Positions 16,356 to 24,927 of a DNA stretch of 42,666 bases are shown piece after piece. Each line of letters starts with the position of its first letter. Position 1 is the first letter of the stretch. The notes under the pieces were generated by a model. That model made no database searches, was not told where the DNA came from, and saw nothing but the letters and a program-made list of their open reading frames with translations. A program made the translations under genes and the position numbers. This stretch comes from Patescibacteria group bacterium. GTDB taxonomy: Bacteria; Patescibacteriota; Kazan-3B-28; UBA10110. Location of the stretch: positions 1 through 42,666 of the forward strand of contig JBAZHL010000002.1 in assembly GCA_041652335.1 (NCBI GenBank), read 5' to 3'.

Positions 16356-17028
16356 CCGGAAACTGCTTGATACTATATTTCCGCCGCGCTGTAGTGGCTG
16401 TCAAAAAATAGGTGATTGGTTATGCCAAGATTGTTGGCAGAGTTTGGCGCTGGCTAAAACGCCACTGTGTTATCGCTGTGGTCGGATCTCACCAGGCTTT
16501 AGAATTTGCCCTGGTTGTCGAAAGGCTGGAGGGCTCTCCCGGCTGATCTTTTGCGGCTATTGGCAGGATCCCCTGCGTAGGTTGATATTAAATCTTAAAT
16601 ATCGCCGCCTGCGGATTTTAGCTGATTATTTGATCGAACTGATGGTTAACTCTTGGGGCTTGGTAGCTGAGCCGATTGATTTAGTGGTGCCAGTACCATT
16701 GCATTGGCGGAGGAGTTGGCAACGAGGGTTTAACCAAGCAGAGATCTTGGCTACTGGGGTGGCTAAAAAGTTAGGGGTAAATACAGCCGATCTGTTGGTG
16801 CGTCAGAAATCAACCCAACCTCAATTTAGCTTGGCTAAAACCAATCGACAGAGTAATGTTTTAGGGGTGTTTGCCGTGAAGAAGCGATGGCAGGGATCGG
16901 TTAGCGGTAAGATCGTATTGGTGGTAGATGATGTAGTGGCCACTGGCTCAACCATTGAGGAGTGCGCTAAAATATTAAGGCAGAAAGGAGCTAAACAAGT
17001 ATGGGGATTAGTGATCGCCCGGGCTTAA
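16339..17028 (+). CDS. comF: ComF-family phosphoribosyltransferase-like protein
   Basis: N-terminal Cys clusters (CSGCQK..CQDC, CYRCG..CPGC) and a C-terminal PRTase motif VLVVDDVVATGSTI. The GTG start overlaps the upstream gene end. Confidence 0.8.
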   Translation: MWEQLSRKLLDTIFPPRCSGCQKIGDWLCQDCWQSLALAKTPLCYRCGRISPGFRICPGCRKAGGLSRLIFCGYWQDPLRRLILNLKYRRLRILADYLIELMVNSWGLVAEPIDLVVPVPLHWRRSWQRGFNQAEILATGVAKKLGVNTADLLVRQKSTQPQFSLAKTNRQSNVLGVFAVKKRWQGSVSGKIVLVVDDVVATGSTIEECAKILRQKGAKQVWGLVIARA

Positions 17029-18359
17029 ACTCTTCCATCTTTCGCGCTTACGATATTCGTGGGGTCTATCCGACCGAACTAAATGAGGGCGGTGCCTATA
17101 TGGTGGGCAAAGCCATTCAGCGTTATACCAATTGTCACACGGTCGCAGTCGGCCGCGACGCTCGATTGAGCGCTCCGGCCATACATCGCGCGGTCTGCCA
17201 AGGATTTCGCGACAGTGGATGCGAAGTATTTGATTGTGGAATGGCTGGCACGGATATGATGAACTGGGCTGCTGGCGCTAAGGATTTTGATGTTACTATC
17301 AGTGTCACTGCTTCCCATAATCCCAAGGAATGGATCGGAATGAAGCTTTATAAGCGGGGCGGGATACAGATTGGAGGGGATGGAGAAGTGTTGGCGATCG
17401 GCGAGGTGGTCACGGAAGAGGATTACCGACCAGCTGAATTAGATATGACCAAGATCGATCTGCTGCCCGACTGGATCAAGCATGTTTTATCGTTTATCGA
17501 TCCAGCCAAGATTGAGCCGTTTAAGATAGTAGTCGACGCGGGTAATGGAGTCGCTGGGCCAATTGTGCGGGAGCTCTTTAGGCATCTGCCTGTTAAAATA
17601 GTGGAGATGTACTTTGAGCCGGACGGCAACTTTCCTTACCATCTGCCTAGCCCGATCGAGCCTCAGAATGTAGCTGATCTTCGGCAGCGAGTGGTGATCG
17701 AGAAGGCGGACTTAGGGATAGCCTTTGATGGTGATGCTGATCGAATGTTTTTGATTGATGAACAAGGAGAGATTGTAACGGGCAACGAAACAACAGCTAT
17801 GGTAATGGATCAGTTGTTGAAAGAGGATCCAAGTCGCATCATGTTGTACGGAGCTATCGCTGGCTGGAATATTCGAGATGTAATTAGTAAACATCATGCC
17901 GTTGCTTACCGTACCAAGGTAGGCACTGGCTTTATTAAGAAGGATATGCAAACTCGGGGGGCCTATTTTGCCGGTGAGCACTCTGGTCATTACTATTTCC
18001 AGCGCAACTACAATGGTGATTCGGGACTAATCGCTGTGGTGTTGGTATTGGCCTTAATCTCGCAACAACGTCAGCCTTTAAGTCAGATTTTGAAACCGTA
18101 TCGACAGTATCGACAGATTCCGGAGACTAATTTTAGGGTCGGTGATCCTAAGTTGGTGATGGAAAAATTGGCAGAGCGATACGCGGATGGCCAGGTCGAT
18201 TGGCTGGATGGCCTAACGGTAACTTATCCTGATTGGTGGCTTAACGTACGGCCGAGCTCCAATGAACCGCTGTTGCGGCTCAATGTGGAAGCGGTGTCGC
18301 AGGAACTTTTGAATAGCAAAGCCGCCGAGCTATCCGCGGCAATTAGTGATTTAGCCTAA
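17001..18359 (+). CDS. phosphomannomutase/phosphoglucomutase
   Basis: IFRAYDIRG N-terminus, active-site TASHNP, metal site FDGDADR. Confidence 0.85.
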   Translation: MGISDRPGLNSSIFRAYDIRGVYPTELNEGGAYMVGKAIQRYTNCHTVAVGRDARLSAPAIHRAVCQGFRDSGCEVFDCGMAGTDMMNWAAGAKDFDVTISVTASHNPKEWIGMKLYKRGGIQIGGDGEVLAIGEVVTEEDYRPAELDMTKIDLLPDWIKHVLSFIDPAKIEPFKIVVDAGNGVAGPIVRELFRHLPVKIVEMYFEPDGNFPYHLPSPIEPQNVADLRQRVVIEKADLGIAFDGDADRMFLIDEQGEIVTGNETTAMVMDQLLKEDPSRIMLYGAIAGWNIRDVISKHHAVAYRTKVGTGFIKKDMQTRGAYFAGEHSGHYYFQRNYNGDSGLIAVVLVLALISQQRQPLSQILKPYRQYRQIPETNFRVGDPKLVMEKLAERYADGQVDWLDGLTVTYPDWWLNVRPSSNEPLLRLNVEAVSQELLNSKAAELSAAISDLA

Positions 18360-19345
18360 ATTAAGCCGATCTTACGCTTGGCCTCGGCTAAGGTTTTTTG
18401 GGCGATCTTGTCTGCTCGTTTGGCTCCATCCTTTAGGATGCGATCGAGTAGTTTTTTATTTTTCATGTAATGGACTATCTGCTTTTGAATGGGGGAGAGC
18501 TTGGTGATAACTATCTCGGCCAACTCTCTTTTTAAATCACCATAACCGCTCTTGGCGAAGTGCTTTTCAATTTGAGATTCGGTTTTGCCGGATAGCACTT
18601 TGTAGATAGTTAGTAGATTGTACAGTCCTTTGCGAGCAGGATCGAATTTAATTGTAGTGCCAGAATCGGTGACTGCTCGCATGATCTTTTTGAGAATGAT
18701 CTCGGAAGAATCGGTAAGCAGAATGCAGCCCACATCGTTGTCGCTCTTGCTCATCTTTTTGGTAGGATCCAAGAGATCCATAATCCGGGTACCTTCTTTT
18801 CTAAGCAGCGGTTCTGGCACCACGAAGGTTTTACCAAAACGTTTGTTAAAGCGCTCAGCAATATCGCGGGCTAACTCAACATGCTGTTTTTGATCTTCGC
18901 CGACCGGCACCGCGTTGGCCTGATATAACATAATATCGGCGGCCATCAATAGGGGGTAGTTAAACAGACCGGCACCGATGCTTTGGGTATCTTTAGTTTT
19001 TTGAACCTTGTCTTTATATTGGGTCATTCTGCCCAACTCTCCCATTGTGGCGATGGTGGTGAGTAGCCACATTAGCTCGCTATGAGCGGGAACGTGTGAT
19101 TGAACGAATACGATTGATTTCTTGGGGTCGATACCCGAAGCCAAAATGATGGCAGCTGTGAGGTAGATTTGATGAGCTAATACCTTGGGGTCTTGTGGCA
19201 CCGTGATCGCATGAAGATCAACCACCGGGAAAAGAGCCCGGTCGTATTTATTTTGCAATTCAGCCCAATAGCTAATCGCTCCCACGTAGTTGCCTAACTG
19301 AGGGATACCAGACGGTTTGATACCAGATAGAACGGTCTTGCTCAT
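18356..19345 (-). CDS. trpS: tryptophan--tRNA ligase
   Basis: Class I signature. GNYVG (HIGH-region variant typical of TrpS) and KMSKS. The start is placed at MSKTVLSGIKPSG. The ORF track's upstream ATG at 19363 is also possible. Confidence 0.9.
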   Translation of the reverse strand: MSKTVLSGIKPSGIPQLGNYVGAISYWAELQNKYDRALFPVVDLHAITVPQDPKVLAHQIYLTAAIILASGIDPKKSIVFVQSHVPAHSELMWLLTTIATMGELGRMTQYKDKVQKTKDTQSIGAGLFNYPLLMAADIMLYQANAVPVGEDQKQHVELARDIAERFNKRFGKTFVVPEPLLRKEGTRIMDLLDPTKKMSKSDNDVGCILLTDSSEIILKKIMRAVTDSGTTIKFDPARKGLYNLLTIYKVLSGKTESQIEKHFAKSGYGDLKRELAEIVITKLSPIQKQIVHYMKNKKLLDRILKDGAKRADKIAQKTLAEAKRKIGLI

Positions 19346-19388
19346 ATAAGCTAAAACTATCATAGTTTATCGGTTTAGATAAGGCCGC

Positions 19389-19512
19389 TATACCCCGTTA
19401 GAAGTCCGGAGAAGCCTTGGGAAATAGTTTGAAAATATTAATTGACGGACATCGTTTCACTTACAACGGGCTCACATTTGTCGGTCTCATCGGCGACTTC
19501 TAACGGGGTATA
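19389..19512. repeat. 18-bp perfect inverted repeat flanking 88 nt in the trpS divergent intergenic region
   Basis: TATACCCCGTTAGAAGTC (19389..19406) and GACTTCTAACGGGGTATA (19495..19512). Confidence 0.85.
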
Positions 19513-19538
19513 CTATAATGTAACTGTAAGATCACTCG

Positions 19539-20438
19539 ATGGACGAACTAAAAAAATCAGTTCTGGTACCAATAATTTTCTTTAGCTATTTTCAGTTTCC
19601 CTTAAAACTAAAAGAGCTGCGCCGGTACCTGTGGCGATGTGAGCTGTCTGAAGAGGAGTTAAAAAAGGTGATTAGATTATTGCCGCGAGTGAACTATGAG
19701 CAGGATCTGATCTGGTATGGTTCGGTGGCGGATCGGTCAAGCAAGGCGGAATTAGCTAATAATTTTTGGCGGAAAACTAAGCGCTATCGTTGGGTGTTTG
19801 CTAATGTGCCTTTTTTGCGTGAGGTGTTTGTAACCAACACCCTGGCCTACGATAACGTTAAGCCGGGGAGCGACATTGATCTATTGATCGTAGGTAGGTC
19901 AGGTAGGCTGTGGATCTGCCGAGCGATCCTATTGCTGCTTCTGAGCTGGTTGGGGCTGAGAGTTAGGGGGGTTAATAAGCACGCTCGGTTTTCGCCGGAA
20001 CTCTGGTTGGGGGACAGCGAATTAGATATTCGAAAGATAGCTTTAGATAATGACTATTATTTATCGTTTTGGTTGGCGGATGTAACGCAGATCTGGCCGG
20101 GTGGCGAGCCTAAAAAACTTTGGCAATCCAACTCTTGGCTAAAACAAACTCTACCGATCGCTTGGCGTAGCCCGCGAGTGAGAGAGTGGCCAATAATCAA
20201 TCCGTCGTATGGTTGCCAAATGATCGAACGGTGGTTGGGGGGTCACTACGGGGATTGGCTGGAGCGGAGATCAAAAGACGCTCAGAAAAAAATTATTCAA
20301 CGCAGTCTGGATCGGTTGGGCGTCAATCCGTCGGTGGTGGTAGAGGATAATGTAATTAAGCTACATTTTAACGATCGTAGGGCAATGGTGCGTGACGCGA
20401 TCGAAGGAGCGCTAAGTGAAATTTTGGCAGATGGTTAA
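19539..20438 (+). CDS. hypothetical protein with possible Pol-beta-type nucleotidyltransferase motif
   Basis: 299-aa ORF. GSDIDLLIV resembles the NTase G-S/D-x-D motif. It overlaps the downstream O-antigen-ligase-like gene. Confidence 0.4.
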   Translation: MDELKKSVLVPIIFFSYFQFPLKLKELRRYLWRCELSEEELKKVIRLLPRVNYEQDLIWYGSVADRSSKAELANNFWRKTKRYRWVFANVPFLREVFVTNTLAYDNVKPGSDIDLLIVGRSGRLWICRAILLLLLSWLGLRVRGVNKHARFSPELWLGDSELDIRKIALDNDYYLSFWLADVTQIWPGGEPKKLWQSNSWLKQTLPIAWRSPRVREWPIINPSYGCQMIERWLGGHYGDWLERRSKDAQKKIIQRSLDRLGVNPSVVVEDNVIKLHFNDRRAMVRDAIEGALSEILADG

Positions 20439-21837
20439 TCAATACTGGCTGGGGCTAACTTTATTTGCGATCCCTTTTTCTACCAGGAAGGTGATAAGCC
20501 CGGTTTTTTATCAAGGGACCTTTGTCGATTATGCATCGATCAGTTTATTTGTTAGTGACTTATTGATCGCTGGATTATTGCTTTTGTGGCTGATCGATTT
20601 TAAGCGAACTGGCAGATTTAAATTGGGCCCAAAATTGCTAACTATTCCCTTGTTGCTGTTAGCGGGTTGGATGTGGGTGTCATTATTATGGGTTTCGACG
20701 GATATATTAGTTGGTGTTCAGTCGGCCTTTAGGTTCTCGCTGTACCTGGGGTTATATTTCTACCTGATCAATCGGGTAGCTGAAATAAAAACATTACTAT
20801 ACCCATTGGCAGCGGGGGTGGTGGCTCAGGGGGGTATAGCGATCGGTCAGTATTTTGTTAACCATTCATTGGGATTAAAGTGGCTGGGAGAATCGGTGTT
20901 AGACCCAAGAGAATCGGGCATCCCTGTGGTGCTGATCGATGGGGTGAGACAACTACGAGCTCACGGTACATTACCCCACGCCAATGTATTGGGTGGGTAT
21001 TTAGCTTTAAGCTTAGCGATGATGTGGCCGCTACTATTCGATCGGAACAGGGTGACCAACCGGCTAATGTGGTGGGGGGTTGTTGGTGTTGGATTGGTTG
21101 GATTAGCTTTGTCGCTATCCCGTAGCGCCGGTATCGCTCTAATCGGTGGCGGCGCGTTAGTGGTCATTTGGCTGTTGTTTAAGCACCTCAACAAATTATG
21201 GTCGAGCCTTAAAGTTGGTTGGCCGATCATGGTGGCCGTGATCGTGGTAGTTGCCAGTCAGTGGCAGGCGATCGCCCCGCGCTTAAGTTCTGACCCCAAT
21301 ACTTTAGAGCAGATATCGGTTGATTCTCGGATTAGGCAGTGGGGTGAGTTTAGGCAGGTGTATAGCCCACGGGTTCTGACCGGGGTAGGTATTGGCCAAT
21401 ACTTTCTCAGTATTTGGCGCCCGGAAGGGGAGGTGGCCTCAGCTGATCAGATGCCCAGTTGGCAGTATCGGTCAGAGTTGGGTGGCTGGAGCTATTCGGC
21501 CGCCAGAAGCCTTAACTATTACCAACCTGTTCATGATGTCTACTTGCTCTCTTTGGCAGAACTGGGGCCAATAGGGGCGGGGTTATGGGTATGGATGATC
21601 GTGGTGGGGGTCTATCTATCAATGAAATTGGTCAAAGACCAAACGGTTTGGGGTATGGCTGGTTTGTGGGCTGTCCTCTCGGTGGCCGGCATCTCATTGG
21701 TTGATCACTACTTCTGGACATTGCCTAGCGGCCGATTAATGGTTATATTAGTGCTTGGCTATATAGCTGTTTTATGGGTTAATTCAGGATATAATGGAAA
21801 ACGTGGAAACCGAAAATCAACCTCAGTTAGTGAATAA
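20416..21837 (+). CDS. O-antigen ligase / Wzy-like polytopic membrane protein
   Basis: 473 aa with about 10 or more hydrophobic helices and a central loop (AHGTLPHANVLGGYL) typical of the O-antigen ligase family. An alternative start lies at 20431. Confidence 0.65.
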   Translation: MKFWQMVNQYWLGLTLFAIPFSTRKVISPVFYQGTFVDYASISLFVSDLLIAGLLLLWLIDFKRTGRFKLGPKLLTIPLLLLAGWMWVSLLWVSTDILVGVQSAFRFSLYLGLYFYLINRVAEIKTLLYPLAAGVVAQGGIAIGQYFVNHSLGLKWLGESVLDPRESGIPVVLIDGVRQLRAHGTLPHANVLGGYLALSLAMMWPLLFDRNRVTNRLMWWGVVGVGLVGLALSLSRSAGIALIGGGALVVIWLLFKHLNKLWSSLKVGWPIMVAVIVVVASQWQAIAPRLSSDPNTLEQISVDSRIRQWGEFRQVYSPRVLTGVGIGQYFLSIWRPEGEVASADQMPSWQYRSELGGWSYSAARSLNYYQPVHDVYLLSLAELGPIGAGLWVWMIVVGVYLSMKLVKDQTVWGMAGLWAVLSVAGISLVDHYFWTLPSGRLMVILVLGYIAVLWVNSGYNGKRGNRKSTSVSE

Positions 21838-22180
21838 TTTAGAGATCGACACCAGAGTGTTTGCGGCTTTAAGTTATCTCTCGGTTCTGTTTGTGATCCC
21901 TTGGATCACCAAACGGGACGATAAGTTCGTGATGTTTCATGTTCGTCAGGGGGTGGTTCTATTTTTGGTCGAGGTGGTAGCGTGGTTCGTGCTATGGATG
22001 ATAGAATCTTTTCTGACCACGATCTTTCATTTTGGAGCTTTGACTTTGGTCTCGATCTTGTATAAGCTGGCGTGGTTGTTCTTCGTGGCGGTGAGTGTGG
22101 CTGGTGCCTACTTTGCCGCTCGGGGGGTCGAGAAACAGCTGCCCTGGTTGTGGTTGTTTGCTCGCAATTTAAAACTATAA
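21794..22180 (+). CDS. small membrane protein (DUF4870-like)
   Basis: 128 aa. AALSYLSVLFVIPWITKRDDKFVMFHVRQG pattern followed by hydrophobic helices. Confidence 0.5.
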   Translation: MENVETENQPQLVNNLEIDTRVFAALSYLSVLFVIPWITKRDDKFVMFHVRQGVVLFLVEVVAWFVLWMIESFLTTIFHFGALTLVSILYKLAWLFFVAVSVAGAYFAARGVEKQLPWLWLFARNLKL

Positions 22181-22188
22181 CTATGTAT

Positions 22189-22262
22189 GGGCCGTTGGCT
22201 CAGTTGGTAGAGCGGTCCGATGGACATCGGATAGGTCATCGTTTCGTCAGATGTTAGGTTGA
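22189..22262 (+). pseudogene. decayed tRNA-Ala duplicate (intact 5' half only)
   Basis: The first 26 nt GGGCCGTTGGCTCAGTTGGTAGAGCG are identical to the tRNA-Ala at 22274. The remainder has a 6-nt anticodon-like loop (TGGACA), a poor T-arm and no complementary acceptor 3' strand. Confidence 0.7.
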
Positions 22263-22273
22263 TAAGTTGTTAA

Positions 22274-22349
22274 GGGCCGTTGGCTCAGTTGGTAGAGCGC
22301 CTCCATGGCATGGAGGAGGTCACCGGTTCGAATCCGGTACGGTCCACCA
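22274..22349 (+). tRNA. tRNA-Ala(GGC), CCA encoded
   Basis: Acceptor GGGCCGT/ACGGTCC with the G3:U70 alanine identity pair, anticodon stem CCTCC/GGAGG with loop ATGGCAT, T-arm ACCGG-TTCGAAT-CCGGT. Confidence 0.9.
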
Positions 22350-22357
22350 GAAAATAA

Positions 22358-22385
22358 CACCCGCATCGGCGGGTGGTATTTTTAT
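22358..22385 (+). terminator. intrinsic terminator after tRNA-Ala
   Basis: CACCCGC-ATCG-GCGGGTG followed by GTATTTTTA. Confidence 0.6.
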
Positions 22386-22396
22386 GTGTAGTAAAC

Positions 22397-22484
22397 ACCG
22401 GATGAGAAGTTTATACCCGCCTACCGGCAGGCAGGCTCGACCTATAAAATGTATATAGGAGGGTAAATCCGGTACGGTCCACTA
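22397..22484 (+). repeat. conserved core element plus a direct repeat of the tRNA-Ala 3' end (17 nt exact, 18 of 19)
   Basis: AATCCGGTACGGTCCAC occurs at 22331..22347 and 22466..22482. The core reads ACCGG-AT-GAGAAGTTTATACCCG-[20-nt insert]-AC-CTATAAAATGTATATAGGAGGGTAA-AT-CCGGT and is homologous to 9439..9495. Confidence 0.85.
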
Positions 22485-22556
22485 CGGGTAATTTCGATCC
22501 CGCCCTTGGTGGGGTTTATGTTAAAATTAAGCTACTGGACAGATAAAAAGTGACGC

Positions 22557-24926
22557 ATGAAAGTGGTGATCAAAAAATATAGCCACCAGAAGATAGAGCC
22601 CAAGTGGCAGAAGTTTTGGGCTACTCACCATATCTTTACAGCTGTTACGGATGATGAAAGGCCTAAGTACTATGCTTTGGATATGTTTGCCTACCCCTCG
22701 GGCGATGGTTTGCATACGGGTCATCCTCGGGGTTATACCGCTACTGATATATTGGCGCGGTACTATCGAATGCTGGGTTGTAACGTGATGAGACCGGTTG
22801 GCTGGGATGCCTTTGGCCTGCCAGCCGAGAACTATGCCATTAAGGTTGGCCAGCCGCCGGCCAAGTTGACTAAGGTTAATATTGCGAGATTTAGTAAGCA
22901 GGTTAAATCGTTAGGGTTTGCTTACGATTGGGATAGGGAGGTTAACACCTCTGATCCGGCCTACTATAAATGGACGCAGTGGATCTTCAAGGTTCTTTAC
23001 GATAACGGGTATGCCTATCAGAAAGAAGCCTACGCTAACTGGTGCCCCAAGGACCAAACCGTGTTGGCCAATGAGCAGGTGGAGAATGGGTGTTGTTATC
23101 GGTGCGGGGCTGAGGTGGAGCAAAAGAAATTAAAGCAGTGGTTTTTTAAGATCACTGATTTTGCCGATGAATTAGCCCAACATTCGGATAAGTTAGATTG
23201 GCCGGAATCGACCAAGATCGGACAAAGGAACTGGATCGGCAGGAGCGAGGGGGCTGCTCTACAATTCCAAATTAAAAATGAACCACCACAGATAGAGGTA
23301 TTTACCACCCGAGCCGATACTATCTTTGGGGCAACTTATTTAGTGTTGGCGCCTGAGCATTCGTTAGTCAAAAAAATAACTACTAAGTCCCAACGATCGG
23401 CGATAGAGGAGTACGTGGCTGCCACTAAAAAGAAGAGTTCGTTGGATCGAACGATGGCTAAGGATAAGACGGGCGTGTTTACCGGAAGTTTTGCTATTAA
23501 CCCTGCGACTAAGTCTGAGATCCCAATCTGGATCGCTGATTATGTACTGACCGACTATGGAACGGGCGCGATTATGGCGGTGCCGGCTCACGATGACCGA
23601 GATCATGCGTTTGCGGCCAAATATAAATTGCCGATCGTCGAAGTGATCGAATCTGACCAAAATGAGTTACCGTACCTTGGCCATGGCAAGTTGATTAACT
23701 CTGGCCAGTTTACTGGGCAATCATCAAAATCGGCGGGGGCGGATATGGCTGAAGCATTTGGAGGCAAGACGACCGTACAGTACAAGTTGCACGATTGGCT
23801 GATCTCACGTCAGCGTTATTGGGGAGCGCCGATTCCCATTATTCATTTGGCTGATGGCGGGGTAAGGTGTGTGGATGTTGAGGATCTGCCGGTGAAGTTG
23901 CCTACTGATGTTGATTTTAAGCCAACTGGCGAATCTCCATTAGCCCTCTCCAAAAAGTTTCAGGCGGGTGTGGCCAAAAAGTATGGCAAGGGAGCTCGTA
24001 GAGAGTTGGATACTATGGACACCTTCGTCTGTTCGTCGTGGTACTTTTTACGCTACTGTGATCCCCACAATAGCCGGGAGTTTGCTGGCCCGGAGGCGAT
24101 GAAGTATTGGATGCCGGTTGATCTATATATTGGTGGTGCCGAGCACACTAATGGCCATCTGCTTTATGCTCGATTTATTACCAAGGTGTTACATAAACTG
24201 GGCTACATCAATTTTGATGAACCGTTCTTGAAGCTGCGGCACCAGGGTCTAATTTTAGGGACGGACGGCGAAAAGATGAGTAAGTCCAAAGGTAATGTGG
24301 TCAACCCCGATGAGGTGGTCGAGGCTTTTGGGGCTGATGCTCTTAGGATGTATGAAATGTTTATGGGCCCGTTTGATCAATCGTTGCCGTGGAGTACAGC
24401 CGGGATTGAAGGGGTGCGTAGGTTCCTTAATCGAGTGTGGAGTCTAAAACCAATAGCGGTCGCCCCGGAAACCGATCGAGCGATCCATAAGCTAACCAAA
24501 AAAGTGACGGATGATATTGAGCAGATGAAATTTAATACGGTAGTGAGCTCGTGTATGGAATTTGTAAACTTGGCCATTGATCGGGGGATTACTAAATCAA
24601 CCTTAGAAACGTTGGTGATGCTGACGGCGCCCATGACCCCGCATATTGCCGAAGAGATTTATCACAAGCTGGGTCACGAACAGAGTATCTTTACCGCTGC
24701 TTGGCCCAAGTTTGACCCAGCGCTGTTGGTAGAGGATTTAGTTACTGTAGCTATTCAGGTTGATGGCAAGTTACGCGGGACACTATCGGTTGCCCCGATG
24801 GCCACTGAGGATGAAGTTAGGAATCTGGCGCTAAAATTGCCCGGGTTGGTTAGCTACGTAGAGGGTAAGCAGGTAGTAAAAAGCCACTATGTGCCGGGGC
24901 GGATTATCAATCTGATAGTTAAATAA
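22557..24926 (+). CDS. leuS: leucine--tRNA ligase
   Basis: 789 aa. KWQKFW N-terminus, HTGH (HIGH), KMSKSKGN, typical LeuS layout. Confidence 0.95.
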   Translation: MKVVIKKYSHQKIEPKWQKFWATHHIFTAVTDDERPKYYALDMFAYPSGDGLHTGHPRGYTATDILARYYRMLGCNVMRPVGWDAFGLPAENYAIKVGQPPAKLTKVNIARFSKQVKSLGFAYDWDREVNTSDPAYYKWTQWIFKVLYDNGYAYQKEAYANWCPKDQTVLANEQVENGCCYRCGAEVEQKKLKQWFFKITDFADELAQHSDKLDWPESTKIGQRNWIGRSEGAALQFQIKNEPPQIEVFTTRADTIFGATYLVLAPEHSLVKKITTKSQRSAIEEYVAATKKKSSLDRTMAKDKTGVFTGSFAINPATKSEIPIWIADYVLTDYGTGAIMAVPAHDDRDHAFAAKYKLPIVEVIESDQNELPYLGHGKLINSGQFTGQSSKSAGADMAEAFGGKTTVQYKLHDWLISRQRYWGAPIPIIHLADGGVRCVDVEDLPVKLPTDVDFKPTGESPLALSKKFQAGVAKKYGKGARRELDTMDTFVCSSWYFLRYCDPHNSREFAGPEAMKYWMPVDLYIGGAEHTNGHLLYARFITKVLHKLGYINFDEPFLKLRHQGLILGTDGEKMSKSKGNVVNPDEVVEAFGADALRMYEMFMGPFDQSLPWSTAGIEGVRRFLNRVWSLKPIAVAPETDRAIHKLTKKVTDDIEQMKFNTVVSSCMEFVNLAIDRGITKSTLETLVMLTAPMTPHIAEEIYHKLGHEQSIFTAAWPKFDPALLVEDLVTVAIQVDGKLRGTLSVAPMATEDEVRNLALKLPGLVSYVEGKQVVKSHYVPGRIINLIVK

Positions 24927-24927
24927 T

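Noticed and set aside
19364-19538. T-box riboswitch upstream of trpS
   Set aside because: On the trpS strand there is no T-box core (AGGGUGGUACCGCG-like) and no specifier-loop architecture.
22072-22458. 61-aa and 63-aa ORFs across the tRNA-Ala locus
   Set aside because: They are read through the tRNA pseudogene, the tRNA and the repeat element, so they are not credible coding sequence.
22458-22556. T-box or other leader for leuS
   Set aside because: The region is only ~75 nt after the repeat, with a weak hairpin (CCCGCC-CTT-GGTGGG) and no T-box motifs.
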